64,000 bases of DNA from Oceanospirillaceae bacterium UBA1126 (GTDB lineage: Bacteria; Pseudomonadota; Gammaproteobacteria; Pseudomonadales; Balneatricaceae): contig DCAT01000059.1 in NCBI GenBank assembly GCA_002312935.1, positions 2,789-66,788 of the forward strand. The letters run 5' to 3'. Positions 44,931 to 55,974 of the stretch are shown here, one piece after another. The notes beneath the pieces were generated by a model. The model was not told the origin of the DNA. It worked only from the letters and a program-made list of their open reading frames with translations, and ran no database searches. Both the position numbers and the translations under genes were made by a program. Positions within the stretch are counted from its first letter, which is position 1; each line of letters opens with the position of its first letter.

Positions 44931-47639
44931 GTGGCCACAATAAACCCACGCACATCGTCAAAGGTAGGCAACAAAGAAGCTTCAAGCTGGATACAGCGTT
45001 TAAGTTGGCACGGTTTCCATTTGGCACTATTGGCCTTTAGTGTTTATTTGTTAGTTGTACTTGTTACTTTTGATGCAAGTGACCCAACCTCTACTCAAGC
45101 GTTTGATGTGTCTAACATTCATAATGCTGGAGGTACTTTTGGCGCAGTATTGGCAGATTTGTTTTTTTGGGCTTTAGGTTTAATTGCTTACCTTATACCA
45201 CTGTTACTCATACAATATGAGGTCATACGTTTTATTGGTCAGTCTCGCTATACACATTATGATCCTGACAACAATGTTTGGTTTAAAATGCTCACCCTTA
45301 GCGCTTTGGTTATAGCTGCGTGTGTTTATGCTTCCATTCACATATCTAATACCGACTTAACCTACCCACAAGGCAGTGGGGGCCTTCTGGGGTTGACTCT
45401 AGGATTACCACTTAATAAAGCCCTCGGTATGACGGGCACCAATATTTTACTCCTAACCACGTTGATACTAGCGATTAGTCACTTTTGGCAACTTCGCTGG
45501 GGCACCATCACAGAAACTATAGGTCGGCATAGCATTTACTGGTGTGAACACTTGCGTCAAAGTTTGTTTGGTGAAAAGCGCCATACCCAAGAGCTTAAAA
45601 CGCCCCGCGAGGCAGCCGTAAGTCCCAGCAGTTATGGTGATCCAGCCCCTAAACTATCCTTAGGGTCAAAATTAGCTATGCCAATAACCGCAACTTGGCG
45701 CTTGATAATAAATCTTTGGCCATTTAAACGTGCCTCCAATAAGCTTAACAAGCTCCCCCTTAAACCTGTTAAACCAGTCCACAAAAAACCAATTATTCCT
45801 GCAGCTTATGAGCAGACCTTGACCAGCCATGCAACCGACTTTAGTGTCGATGATGTTGCTGCTGCACTTGACTCAGCGCCCACCAAAAGCAAAGCTTCTG
45901 CTACAAGCCAAACACCTACACAATCAAGTACGCCTGCCACTTCTGCAACAAGCAGTGGGCTGGAAGCTGATGCTGTTAATACGCATAGAGCCACACCTAT
46001 AACGCCTGTACCGAGTGTAACTAAACCGCACGTTTCACCTGTCGCTAGCGTTAAAGAAGTTAAAATAGTGCCTTTGTCTGAAATCCATAAACAAGATACT
46101 GGTACCTCTCAAACAGAGCAACATGGGAAAGTGACCAAACACAAGAACTTACCCCCATTAAGCTTACTTGATCCACCAAATGTTAGCCTTAATCCAACCA
46201 TTACCTCAGAAGAACTGACCAACTTAAGCCAACTTTTGGAAGCCAAGCTGCTAGATTTTGGAGTCATTGCAGAGGTGGTAGAGGTAAACCCAGGGCCTGT
46301 TATTACGCGCATTGAAATACGCCCGGCACCAGGCACAAAAGTAAGCAAAATAAGCAATTTATCGAAAGATTTAGCTCGTTCAATGGCTGTTATGAGCGTG
46401 CGTGTGGTTGAGGTCATTGCCGGAAAATCTGTCATCGGCATAGAAATTCCGAACCAACACAGAGAAATGGTGCGTATTAGTGAGGTTATTGGCAGTAAGC
46501 CTTACTTATCTTCAACTAGCCCACTCACTCTCACTTTAGGCAATGATATTGCGGGCAAACCAGTTGTAGTGGACCTCGCAAAGATGCCGCACTTATTAGT
46601 CGCTGGCACTACAGGTTCTGGTAAGTCGGTAGGCGTTAACGCTATGATTATGAGTATATTACTAAAATCAACGCCAGACCAAGTTCGTATGCTGTTAGTT
46701 GACCCCAAAATGTTAGAGCTGTCGATTTATGATGGGATTCCGCATCTACTAGCTCCTGTAATTACTGACATGAAAGAAGCTGCTGGAGGCTTGCGCTGGT
46801 GTGTTGCCGAAATGGAAAGACGCTATCGTTTGATGGCTTCCCAAGGCGTTCGAAATCTTGCAGGGTTTAATACCAAGATTACCGCAGGAGACCCTATTTT
46901 AGACCCCATTTGGGTGCCCGATGAAGCCAATGGTGAAAATATGGATGATAGACCCTACTTGGATCCACTGCCTTATATCGTAGTTGTAGTCGATGAGTTT
47001 GCTGACATGATAATGGTGGTAGGCAAAAAAGTAGAGGAGCTCATTGCCAGGATCGCTCAAAAAGCCAGGGCTGCGGGCATCCATCTTATACTGGCAACGC
47101 AACGTCCCTCTGTAGATGTTATCACCGGACTAATTAAAGCCAACGTTCCCACTCGCATTGCCTTTCAAGTGAGTTCTAAAATTGATTCTCGCACCATACT
47201 TGACCAAGGTGGTGCAGAAAGTCTTCTGGGTCATGGAGATATGCTTTATCTACCGCCAGGTAAAAGTATGCCGGAACGCGTCCATGGAGCTTTTGTCAGT
47301 GATGATGAAGTTCATCGAGTCGTTGATGCTTGGAAGCAGCGGGGTGCACCTCAGTTCATCGAAGCTATCGTAGAGGGCAATTATGATCAGGAAGCTGGTT
47401 TTGGCTTGGCGTCTTCAGAAGGTGCCTTTGAAGAAGACAAGGACCGGTTATATGATGAGGCAGTAGCCTTTATTACCGAAACTCGCAGGGCTTCGATTTC
47501 TTCTGTTCAGCGGAAGTTTAAAATTGGCTATAACCGCGCAGCCCGAATGATTGAAGCCATGGAGGCTGCGGGAGTGATTACTGCACCAGCCCATAATGGT
47601 AGTAGAGAAGTCCTTGCTCCACCTCCACCTCGCGATTAA
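44931..47639 (+). CDS. ftsK: DNA translocase FtsK
   Basis: N-terminal TM domain, S/T/P/A-rich linker, [10 protein letters not shown]-terminal gamma domain ([18 protein letters not shown]). Confidence 0.96.
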   Translation: MATINPRTSSKVGNKEASSWIQRLSWHGFHLALLAFSVYLLVVLVTFDASDPTSTQAFDVSNIHNAGGTFGAVLADLFFWALGLIAYLIPLLLIQYEVIRFIGQSRYTHYDPDNNVWFKMLTLSALVIAACVYASIHISNTDLTYPQGSGGLLGLTLGLPLNKALGMTGTNILLLTTLILAISHFWQLRWGTITETIGRHSIYWCEHLRQSLFGEKRHTQELKTPREAAVSPSSYGDPAPKLSLGSKLAMPITATWRLIINLWPFKRASNKLNKLPLKPVKPVHKKPIIPAAYEQTLTSHATDFSVDDVAAALDSAPTKSKASATSQTPTQSSTPATSATSSGLEADAVNTHRATPITPVPSVTKPHVSPVASVKEVKIVPLSEIHKQDTGTSQTEQHGKVTKHKNLPPLSLLDPPNVSLNPTITSEELTNLSQLLEAKLLDFGVIAEVVEVNPGPVITRIEIRPAPGTKVSKISNLSKDLARSMAVMSVRVVEVIAGKSVIGIEIPNQHREMVRISEVIGSKPYLSSTSPLTLTLGNDIAGKPVVVDLAKMPHLLVAGTTGSGKSVGVNAMIMSILLKSTPDQVRMLLVDPKMLELSIYDGIPHLLAPVITDMKEAAGGLRWCVAEMERRYRLMASQGVRNLAGFNTKITAGDPILDPIWVPDEANGENMDDRPYLDPLPYIVVVVDEFADMIMVVGKKVEELIARIAQKARAAGIHLILATQRPSVDVITGLIKANVPTRIAFQVSSKIDSRTILDQGGAESLLGHGDMLYLPPGKSMPERVHGAFVSDDEVHRVVDAWKQRGAPQFIEAIVEGNYDQEAGFGLASSEGAFEEDKDRLYDEAVAFITETRRASISSVQRKFKIGYNRAARMIEAMEAAGVITAPAHNGSREVLAPPPPRD

Positions 47640-47658
47640 TTATATAGAAGGATGTATC

Positions 47659-48282
47659 ATGCGTTTAGCCATATTTCTGCTTAGTATCACCATAGCTAGT
47701 GCAAGCCTGGCGCAGACCGCCGCTCAATCCCTAGGCCAGCAGTTGGGCCGCCAGACAAACATTGAAGCAGACTTTGTGCAGTATGTTTTGGATGCCAGTG
47801 GCAGTCGCTTACAAGAAACCCGTGGCCATATGGTATTAGCTCACCCCAATCAGTTTTGGTGGCAGACGGCAGATCCATTTGCACAACTGCTAGTCAGCAA
47901 TGGAAAGCGACTGTGGATTTATGATAAAGACCTAGAGCAGGTCACTGTGCAAACCCTAGATCAACGCACCACGAGCACCCCAGCATTGTTACTCAGTGGC
48001 AATGGCACAGACATAGGGGCCGAGTTTAATGTTGTAATGAAACGTGGGGACAATGGTTTAGTGTTCTACCGACTTACGCCTAAGGATCCTGAAAGCCTTT
48101 ATCAAACCCTGAGGCTCAACTTCAAAAACAACCAATTACTCGAAATGCAGTTAGAAGACGCAATGCACCAAAAAACGAGCCTTACTTTTAGTAATATGGT
48201 GTTTAACCCTCTAATTAAAGATGATTTATTTAATTTTGTAATTCCTGAAAATATTGATGTGTTAGAGATGGACCAGTTTTGA
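47659..48282 (+). CDS. lolA: Outer-membrane lipoprotein chaperone LolA
   Basis: Signal peptide, ADFVQ, VSNGKRLWIYD.DLEQV, TPALLLSG; synteny. Confidence 0.9.
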   Translation: MRLAIFLLSITIASASLAQTAAQSLGQQLGRQTNIEADFVQYVLDASGSRLQETRGHMVLAHPNQFWWQTADPFAQLLVSNGKRLWIYDKDLEQVTVQTLDQRTTSTPALLLSGNGTDIGAEFNVVMKRGDNGLVFYRLTPKDPESLYQTLRLNFKNNQLLEMQLEDAMHQKTSLTFSNMVFNPLIKDDLFNFVIPENIDVLEMDQF

Positions 48283-49622
48283 TAAACGACTTGTTTAGTC
48301 ATGAAACCGCAGGTTATCAGCCGTTAGCTAGCCGAATGCGGCCACAACTGCTGAGCCAATACGTAGGTCAATCGCACCTTTTAGGTGAGGGGAAAAGCTT
48401 GGGTAAAGCGTTAACTCAAGGATTACTCCACAGCATGATTCTGTGGGGCCCACCTGGGGTAGGTAAAACTACCTTGGCACGGTTAATGAGCAAAGTAAGT
48501 GATGCTCACTTTATGACTTTATCAGCAGTAATGTCTGGTGTTAAAGATATTCGCGCGTCTGTTCAAGAGGCCCAACAGATTCGCGCTCAGTCTGGGCGAG
48601 ATAGCGTATTATTCGTTGATGAGGTACACCGATTCAATAAGTCTCAACAGGATGCGTTCTTACCTTATATTGAAGATGGTACCTTTATTTTTGTGGGTGC
48701 TACTACGGAGAATCCGGCCTTTGAGCTCAATAATGCATTAATGTCTCGGTCGAGGGTTTATGTTTTAAAGTCTTTGTCTGAAGATGAGCTCGCGGCATTA
48801 TTACAGCAAGCCCTAAGTGATAAAGACAGAGGTCTAGGTAAGCTCGATATTGATATAAAAGATCCACATCGCAAGCTTTTATTGCAAGCAGCAGATGGTG
48901 ATGCTCGCCGATTACTTAATCTGTTAGAAATAGCCACAGACCTAGCAGAAACACAAAATGGTTGTTTGGTTATAGATAACAGTGTTTTAGAACAAGTGTT
49001 ACAAACAAGCCCCAAACGTTTTGACAAAGGCGGCGATATTTTTTATGACCAGATTTCTGCCTTTCATAAGTCCGTTCGCGGATCTGACCCCAGTGGTTCC
49101 TTATATTGGCTAGCTCGTATGATTGATGCTGGTTGTGACCCACTTTATGTCGCTCGGCGCCTTCTTGCCATTGCGTCAGAAGACATTGGTAACGCCGACC
49201 CAAGAGCATTGCAAGTGGCGGTAAATGCTTGGCAGGTGTTTGAAAGAGTAGGGCCAACTGAGGGTAATCGTGCCATTGCCCATGCAGCTGTTTATTGTGC
49301 TTGTGCCGCAAAAAGTAATGCCGTTGATACTGCGTTTAAAGCAGCTATGAAACTAGCAAGAGAAGAACCTAGTTACGATGTACCCAACCACTTGCGCAAC
49401 GCACCGACAAGCCTAGCGCATTCTTTGGGCCATGGGGCAGACTATAGGTATGCTCACGCAGAACCTATGGCTTTTGCGGCTGGAGAAAACTACCTGCCAG
49501 AGGCACTTGCACACCATGTTCTGTATCACCCGAGTGATCGTGGTGTTGAAGTAAAAATTGGTGAAAAGTTAGAAAAACTAGCCAAGCTGAACCAAAATAG
49601 TGATCAACAGCGTTATAAATAG
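48279..49622 (+). CDS. rarA: Replication-associated recombination protein A
   Basis: [41 protein letters not shown]. Confidence 0.95.
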   Translation: MINDLFSHETAGYQPLASRMRPQLLSQYVGQSHLLGEGKSLGKALTQGLLHSMILWGPPGVGKTTLARLMSKVSDAHFMTLSAVMSGVKDIRASVQEAQQIRAQSGRDSVLFVDEVHRFNKSQQDAFLPYIEDGTFIFVGATTENPAFELNNALMSRSRVYVLKSLSEDELAALLQQALSDKDRGLGKLDIDIKDPHRKLLLQAADGDARRLLNLLEIATDLAETQNGCLVIDNSVLEQVLQTSPKRFDKGGDIFYDQISAFHKSVRGSDPSGSLYWLARMIDAGCDPLYVARRLLAIASEDIGNADPRALQVAVNAWQVFERVGPTEGNRAIAHAAVYCACAAKSNAVDTAFKAAMKLAREEPSYDVPNHLRNAPTSLAHSLGHGADYRYAHAEPMAFAAGENYLPEALAHHVLYHPSDRGVEVKIGEKLEKLAKLNQNSDQQRYK

Positions 49623-49671
49623 CACCTTTTGTAAGCTATAATAGTGTTAGATAAAAGTAGGGGAGAGTCCA

Positions 49672-50049
49672 ATCGTCGGTCAATTAGTTGCTATCGCCTG
49701 TGGAGGTGCTATTGGTGCGTTAAGCCGCTTTGGCCTGCAGCATTGGTTAGGAGCTATTTATAGTGGCCGCTTTCCATTGGCTATATTTCTTGCCAACTCC
49801 ATTGGTTCGTTCTGTTTAGGCCTACTTTATGTACTTATCATTGAAAAAGGCCTAATCCCTGATATTTGGCGGCCGTTGTTAATCATAGGTTTGCTTGGTG
49901 CATTCACCACTTTCTCTGCCTTTTCGTTAGATAGCATTTTGCTTATTGAACAGGGTGAATGGTTTATGGCATTAGTTAATGTTTTTTCAAATGTTTGTGT
50001 AGGATTAATAGCAGCCTTTATTGGTATGTACATTGGCCGCTGGTTATAA
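49672..50049 (+). CDS. crcB: Fluoride channel Fluc/CrcB (125 aa if started at ATC 49672)
   Basis: In-frame extension upstream of the track ORF gives GGAIGALSRF (TM1); GLLGAFTTFSAFS signature; rarA-crcB-serS synteny. Confidence 0.88.
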   Translation: MVGQLVAIACGGAIGALSRFGLQHWLGAIYSGRFPLAIFLANSIGSFCLGLLYVLIIEKGLIPDIWRPLLIIGLLGAFTTFSAFSLDSILLIEQGEWFMALVNVFSNVCVGLIAAFIGMYIGRWL

Positions 50050-50088
50050 AATAATTTTTACCTGATACTTCGTGTCGTTTTACTCTAG

Positions 50089-51381
<1,293 letters not shown>

Positions 51382-51412
51382 TCAGGCTACTCTAGTAAGG
51401 TAAAGGAAGCAG

Positions 51413-51724
51413 TTAAAGGCAGTTTGCCGGTCTAGGAAGGCCGGCGATTTTGGCGGCTAGTTTTGCTGGACTGTCAGGAAACAAGGTTAACAAATGTATA
51501 CTGTTACCTTTCTCTAGGCTTACTCTTTGCTTTACAATTTTAACGAGTATACGCATTGCAGGAGAAATTCCGGTATCAGCGTAAAAGGCTCGTAATGCAT
51601 TTATCACTTCCCAGTGTTCAGCCTCTAAAGTGATACCTTCGCTGTGCGCTAGCCACTTTGCAGTGTCTGGGTTCCAGTCACTTAAATGGGTTAAATACCC
51701 GTCTTTATCCGTTTCTAACTGCAT
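51413..51724 (-). CDS. tusE: Sulfur relay protein TusE (DsrC family, single C-terminal Cys)
   Basis: D.DGYL....W, EHWEVI, AGLPRPANCL. Confidence 0.88.
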   Translation of the reverse strand: MQLETDKDGYLTHLSDWNPDTAKWLAHSEGITLEAEHWEVINALRAFYADTGISPAMRILVKIVKQRVSLEKGNSIHLLTLFPDSPAKLAAKIAGLPRPANCL

Positions 51725-51725
51725 A

Positions 51726-52007
51726 TCACCAACTCATAGAAGACGTATAGCGTGTGGTTAAATTAACCAAGTCTGTCATATTGATCAATGTTACAGCAGG
51801 GCTGTGGACTTTGGAAAGTCCACGTTCTTCCACATGAGCTGCAAAAACAAATACAGGTCTGGCACCAAAGGCTAGTAATTCTTTGCTAAGCTGCACATAT
51901 ACACCGTCATCAATGAATACATAGCCATCATTAGGATTACTTCGTGCGACTAATGTGGCTAGGGCATTAGAATCAAGGTTTTTGGCGATTATGTGAAGGA
52001 TTGCCAT
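51726..52007 (-). CDS. tusB: Sulfur relay protein TusB/DsrH
   Basis: ILHI, FIDDGVY, ERGL, C-terminal SW; operon position. Confidence 0.78.
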   Translation of the reverse strand: MAILHIIAKNLDSNALATLVARSNPNDGYVFIDDGVYVQLSKELLAFGARPVFVFAAHVEERGLSKVHSPAVTLINMTDLVNLTTRYTSSMSW

Positions 52008-52009
52008 AA

Positions 52010-52360
52010 CTAAAACACCAAGTGCTGATGGTATTGAGCACAGAGTTGCCCTAGGTGGATACGAGTAACAACGTTGACAGTTTGGCTGAGATCGTCAATG
52101 GCCAGGCCAAATTGGTCCAATGACTCTTGTTCTACCCAAAGCTCATTGACATCATACATCTCTAATGCGCTTAGAATTTTCCCAATGTGCTTGTGGGGAG
52201 AGGGTATTTGACTGCCTGGAAGGAGCTGTAAAACGCCCTCATCAACAAATAAGACTGCTGGCTGTTGTTCAAAAGCAGACAAAACTAATGCCACATCTAA
52301 GGATTCCTTAGCTACTTGTGAGCCATACGGTGCATGGCTTAGAGTGATTAAACAGGACAT
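52010..52360 (-). CDS. tusC: Sulfur relay protein TusC/DsrF
   Basis: APYGS..AKESLD..L..SAFEQ, F.DEGV.QL. Confidence 0.85.
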   Translation of the reverse strand: MSCLITLSHAPYGSQVAKESLDVALVLSAFEQQPAVLFVDEGVLQLLPGSQIPSPHKHIGKILSALEMYDVNELWVEQESLDQFGLAIDDLSQTVNVVTRIHLGQLCAQYHQHLVF

Positions 52361-52803
52361 TAATCCCCTCCAAAACTAACAAGTCGGTCACACTCAGCGC
52401 AAGCAGCCGCTAGCTGACCAAGCCCTACTAAGGAAAACTGCGAAGCCAAACTATCACTGCCAAGTTCATACCGGTTGGCTTCTTGTTGGTTAGTAATCCC
52501 AGCCTGTAACGCCGCAGCAATGCACACGCCAAGGTCTAAGTCATAGTCCAGGCTCAGCTGCTGCCACAAAACCGTTAAATTCAATTCATCCTGTGGAACC
52601 ACCCTTAAGCCAGAAGCGGTATGCACGCCTTGCTGGTAAAAAAACACACTCAGCACTTTATGCCCTTGCAACAATACCTCTTTGGTAAACTGAAAGGCAG
52701 ACAGAGCCCTACTTTGCTGGTGCGGGCCACAACGGACAACAATGGCATAGGTTAACGATGTTGGATCCAGAGAAGGTGAAGCAGCCATATTTAAATCAGA
52801 CAT
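52360..52803 (-). CDS. tusD: Sulfur relay protein TusD/DsrE
   Basis: VFFYQ.GV, PQDE, VCIAAA active Cys, GLGQL, DRLVSF. Confidence 0.88.
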   Translation of the reverse strand: MSDLNMAASPSLDPTSLTYAIVVRCGPHQQSRALSAFQFTKEVLLQGHKVLSVFFYQQGVHTASGLRVVPQDELNLTVLWQQLSLDYDLDLGVCIAAALQAGITNQQEANRYELGSDSLASQFSLVGLGQLAAACAECDRLVSFGGD

Positions 52804-52808
52804 ATACG

Positions 52809-52832
52809 AAAACCCCGCCAAACGGCGGGGCT
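52809..52832 (-). terminator. Terminator-like hairpin between yccA and tusD
   Basis: Minus strand AGCCCCGCC-GTTT-GGCGGGGTTTT. Confidence 0.6.
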
Positions 52833-52860
52833 CCCTGATTCCTTTGCATCTGAGCCAAAG

Positions 52861-53529
52861 TTAATCGTCGCCACTAAGAGCGCCTGTAAGGTGCAGCAGC
52901 ATAAGAAATAAGTTTAAGATATTTAGGTACAAACTTACTGTCATCATCACATAATTGGTTTCACCACCGTTTACCATCCGGCTTGTGTCATACAAAATAA
53001 AACCAGAAAATACCAATACACCCACTGCACTTATGGCCAAAGACAAGGCTGGAATGGCAAAGAAAATATTCGCCAATGACGCCACAATCACAAGGATTAG
53101 GCCAATCATCAAAAAGCCGCCCATAAAGCTGAAGTCTTTACGGCTCGACACCGCATAAGCAGACAAGCCTAGAAAAGTAATACCTGTCATCGATAGGGCA
53201 GTAGCCACAATGTCTCCACCATTAGCCATCCCCAAGTAAAAGTTTACGATGGGCCCAGTGCTATAACCTAGAAATCCCGTAAAAAAGAATACGAGGGGTA
53301 TAGACCATACTGAATTTTTTAATTTGTTAAGCGCATATAATGTGCCAAACAACACCACCAATTGAACGATGAAGTTAACCGGTGCGGCATTGCTTGATAT
53401 CGCCATGGTCGCCATAGCAGCACTAAAAATAAGTGTCATAGAGAGTAGGGCGTAAGTATTACGTAAAACTTTATTTGTGGCTAAGGTAGATTCCTTAGAA
53501 TGGCTGGAAAGCTGAACTTGTTCTTGCAT
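52861..53529 (-). CDS. yccA: Bax inhibitor-1/YccA family membrane protein
   Basis: NKVLRNTY.LL, KDFSF, ILYDTS....GGETNY. Confidence 0.93.
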   Translation of the reverse strand: MQEQVQLSSHSKESTLATNKVLRNTYALLSMTLIFSAAMATMAISSNAAPVNFIVQLVVLFGTLYALNKLKNSVWSIPLVFFFTGFLGYSTGPIVNFYLGMANGGDIVATALSMTGITFLGLSAYAVSSRKDFSFMGGFLMIGLILVIVASLANIFFAIPALSLAISAVGVLVFSGFILYDTSRMVNGGETNYVMMTVSLYLNILNLFLMLLHLTGALSGDD

Positions 53530-53778
53530 TAGTATCATCCTTATTTAAACAATTCCGATTATTGTAGTCTAACCAGCACAAGAAGCTAGGGTATTTACGA
53601 AATATTTTGTAAATATCAGCACATACAAGGACTTAATAGTTTGCAGTGGCGTATTTAGCAGCACATATGAGCTTAATTTTGCCCGTTAAAACCATTTGTA
53701 TAAGCACAAAGACTCTTTGTGGAGCCTGATTAAAAGGCGTATAATCGAGTCTCGATTTAGAAATGAGTAGGTAATTTA

Positions 53779-54114
53779 ATGCAAGTCTCTCACGCGCAAT
53801 TTAACATTGGCCAAGTAGTGCAGCATAAGCATTTTGGTTTTCGAGGGGTTGTGTTTGATATTGATTTTGAGTACTCACTCGATGAGCCCTGGTTCCAAGA
53901 AGCGTGCAAGGCCATGGCCAGTTTGGGCCAGCCGCCCATTGAAAAGAAGCAACCTTTTTATCACCTCTTAACGGATGGCAGTGAACACGAGTCTTACGTA
54001 TCACAGCAAAACCTTTGCGCCGCTGATAATATTGCTCCAGTGAAACACTCCGGCCTAGAGGCGTTGTTCACGCTTACAGACGGACAATATATCCATCGTT
54101 ACAGCGTTAATTAA
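53779..54114 (+). CDS. hspQ: Heat shock protein HspQ (YccV domain)
   Basis: F.IGQVV.H..FGFRGVVFD.D, QPFYHLL, YVSQQNL. Confidence 0.82.
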   Translation: MQVSHAQFNIGQVVQHKHFGFRGVVFDIDFEYSLDEPWFQEACKAMASLGQPPIEKKQPFYHLLTDGSEHESYVSQQNLCAADNIAPVKHSGLEALFTLTDGQYIHRYSVN

Positions 54115-54246
54115 TTCTCATCTACAAGCTGTATTAATGGCTTTTGGCGGCTTTTTCTATGGTGCGCCATTTTACTTTCGTTTTAGTAGCGGTTCTTGGG
54201 CCAGCTAATATCCACATTAAAGCCCAAGCAATACTGGGCTGGTTGT

Positions 54247-54615
54247 TTATAGATTAAAGTTAATGCGCTTTACTAAGCCTCGCACTAAAGATTGCTGGTC
54301 ATTCGACAATGACGCCATATCGAGCAGCAATTCAGCCTCCATGTCATTAGCATAAAAATACGGTACTGGCACATCCAACACTAATGCTAATTGGCATAGA
54401 GTGTCATAGTCTGGCACATGCTTGCCACGTTCATACTGATTCATTCTGGCGCTTGCAGACGCAACATCAATGCCAGCAGCAATACCCAAACTACGTTGTG
54501 AGAGATCACGCTGAACCCGCGCATGCTTTAGGCGCCTCGGAACTGGGCAGGACATATCATCGGCTGAGTTGTTCAACATAGCTTTAACCAAAATAATTTT
54601 TTCAAAAGTGCACAT
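54247..54615 (-). CDS. XRE-family HTH transcriptional regulator
   Basis: RLKHAR....SQRSLGIAAGID..SASARMNQYERGKHVP; start uncertain (54615/54579/54555). Confidence 0.85.
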   Translation of the reverse strand: MCTFEKIILVKAMLNNSADDMSCPVPRRLKHARVQRDLSQRSLGIAAGIDVASASARMNQYERGKHVPDYDTLCQLALVLDVPVPYFYANDMEAELLLDMASLSNDQQSLVRGLVKRINFNL

Positions 54616-54662
54616 GGTGAGGTGACTAGTATACCCAGAGCATCATTTATAATCCATATTTA

Positions 54663-54690
54663 ACTTCGCATAATGTATATTATGTTAAAT
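54663..54690 (+). other. dif site (XerCD chromosome dimer resolution site)
   Basis: ACTTCGCATAA-TGTATA-TTATGTTAAAT: 11-6-11 layout with spacer and XerD arm identical to E. coli dif (GGTGCGCATAA TGTATA TTATGTTAAAT); intergenic. Confidence 0.93.
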
Positions 54691-54762
54691 TATACTAAAA
54701 CGGGTTATTTGTTTTGGCAATCAACAGCATAATTGGCTAGTTATTCCATGCAACGAGCCCTA

Positions 54763-54782
54763 TACTGTACGCACATACAGTA
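54763..54782. promoter_or_regulatory. LexA (SOS) box
   Basis: TACTGTACGCACATACAGTA = CTG-N10-CAG with TA flanks, 20 nt upstream of ATG 54803. Confidence 0.85.
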
Positions 54783-54802
54783 GATCAATTTACGGACACA
54801 CC

Positions 54803-55069
54803 ATGGCAATTCGCACAGTACATCAAGTCATTAATAGAACAGATACAATTATTGGAGAGTTCATGGATATTAAATTAGCAAAGGATTTGGATATTCGAAC
54901 TGACGTCCTTTACTTCATCGCAGACCTAGTTGAAACTGCAGGTATTGATGAACGCACTGCTGAGAAAGTTGCAGAAATAATGATAGACGACACAACACGT
55001 AAGCAACTCGTTAACCAACTAAAAACTGTTAAAGACCTGCCCTCTGCTATAAACGAGACCAACGACTAG
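54803..55069 (+). CDS. Small SOS-regulated protein, probable divergent YebG family
   Basis: 88 aa; MAI..V.....F.D.K.A...D...D...E..AE......LK pattern recalls YebG; LexA box directly upstream. Confidence 0.6.
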   Translation: MAIRTVHQVINRTDTIIGEFMDIKLAKDLDIRTDVLYFIADLVETAGIDERTAEKVAEIMIDDTTRKQLVNQLKTVKDLPSAINETND

Positions 55070-55968
55070 TGCCACACCAAAGAGAACAGCTTATTAACTG
55101 GGCCTTACTTTTAACCCTTGTGGCTTTATGGGGAACATCTTTTTTAACCATAAAAGTTAGCCTACAAACATTCTCACCTGATCAGGTGGTGGTATTGAGG
55201 CTTACTATAGGTGCCATTGTGCTGTCAGCCTTTATGGTGGCAAGGGGCAAACGGCTTCCTAGGGAACCTTTATCTTGGCTGCACTTTACAATCTTAGGCC
55301 TGGTTGGCAACGTTCTGCCCTTTTGGTTGATTGCCAAAGGCCAAGTCTATGTAACATCAGGCATGGCGGGCTTATTAATGGCAATTATGCCATTGATGAC
55401 GTTGATATTGGCCCACTTTTTTATCGCAGGCGAAAACCTAAATCGTAATAAGCTGTGGGGGTTTGTTTTTGGAATTAGTGGTATTACATTAATTTTAGGC
55501 CCATCAATATTAGGCTCTCAAAACAGCTTAGTTGGCTGCTTGTTGGTATTATCTGCGGCCATTCTCTATGCTACAAATACCATTATTGCTAGGCGTCTAC
55601 CCACATACAGCTCTGCCGTAGTCAGCACCGGTGTAACTATCTGTGCTGCGTTGATTAGTTTGGTGATATGGCCCTCAGTGCTCAATATAGATTGGCATTC
55701 GGTGCCTATGTTGGCCATCCTTACTATAATTTGGCTTGGTATTTTTCCTACTGGAGTTGCTGCTATTATTTTCTTTGTGCTAATCCGGCGTGCTGGGCCT
55801 ACATTTCTGTCCAATATTAACTATTTGATTCCACTAGTCGCCTATTTTATGGGAGCTCTAGTGTTAGGAGAGCTGGTCGTTTGGCACGACATGGTCGCAT
55901 TAGTCGCTATTCTATTTGGCATCGCAGTAAGCCGAAGACCTGTGCCTAATAAGCTACGTACGTTATAG
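55069..55968 (+). CDS. DMT/EamA family transporter
   Basis: LWGTSF, two EamA repeats, about 10 TM segments, YLIPLVA...G..VLGE; GTG start overlaps the previous TAG. Confidence 0.88.
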   Translation: MPHQREQLINWALLLTLVALWGTSFLTIKVSLQTFSPDQVVVLRLTIGAIVLSAFMVARGKRLPREPLSWLHFTILGLVGNVLPFWLIAKGQVYVTSGMAGLLMAIMPLMTLILAHFFIAGENLNRNKLWGFVFGISGITLILGPSILGSQNSLVGCLLVLSAAILYATNTIIARRLPTYSSAVVSTGVTICAALISLVIWPSVLNIDWHSVPMLAILTIIWLGIFPTGVAAIIFFVLIRRAGPTFLSNINYLIPLVAYFMGALVLGELVVWHDMVALVAILFGIAVSRRPVPNKLRTL

Positions 55969-55974
55969 GTTTGT

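Noticed and set aside
45780-46140. Low-complexity S/T/P/A-rich stretch in ftsK as an insertion or repeat
   Set aside because: It is the normal variable linker between the membrane and motor domains; no tandem DNA repeat is visible
49623-49671. Fluoride riboswitch upstream of crcB
   Set aside because: Region is only about 50 nt and lacks the GATGG...TGATG core of the crcB motif
51413-52803. DsrEFH/DsrC-like genes as evidence of dissimilatory sulfur oxidation
   Set aside because: No dsrAB nearby; the DsrC-like protein has only the terminal Cys; the yccA-tusDCBE context indicates the tRNA thiolation relay
53539-53778. tRNA-Ser expected beside yccA (and tRNA-Gly after pgsA)
   Set aside because: No cloverleaf or GTTCRA T-loop motif visible in either place
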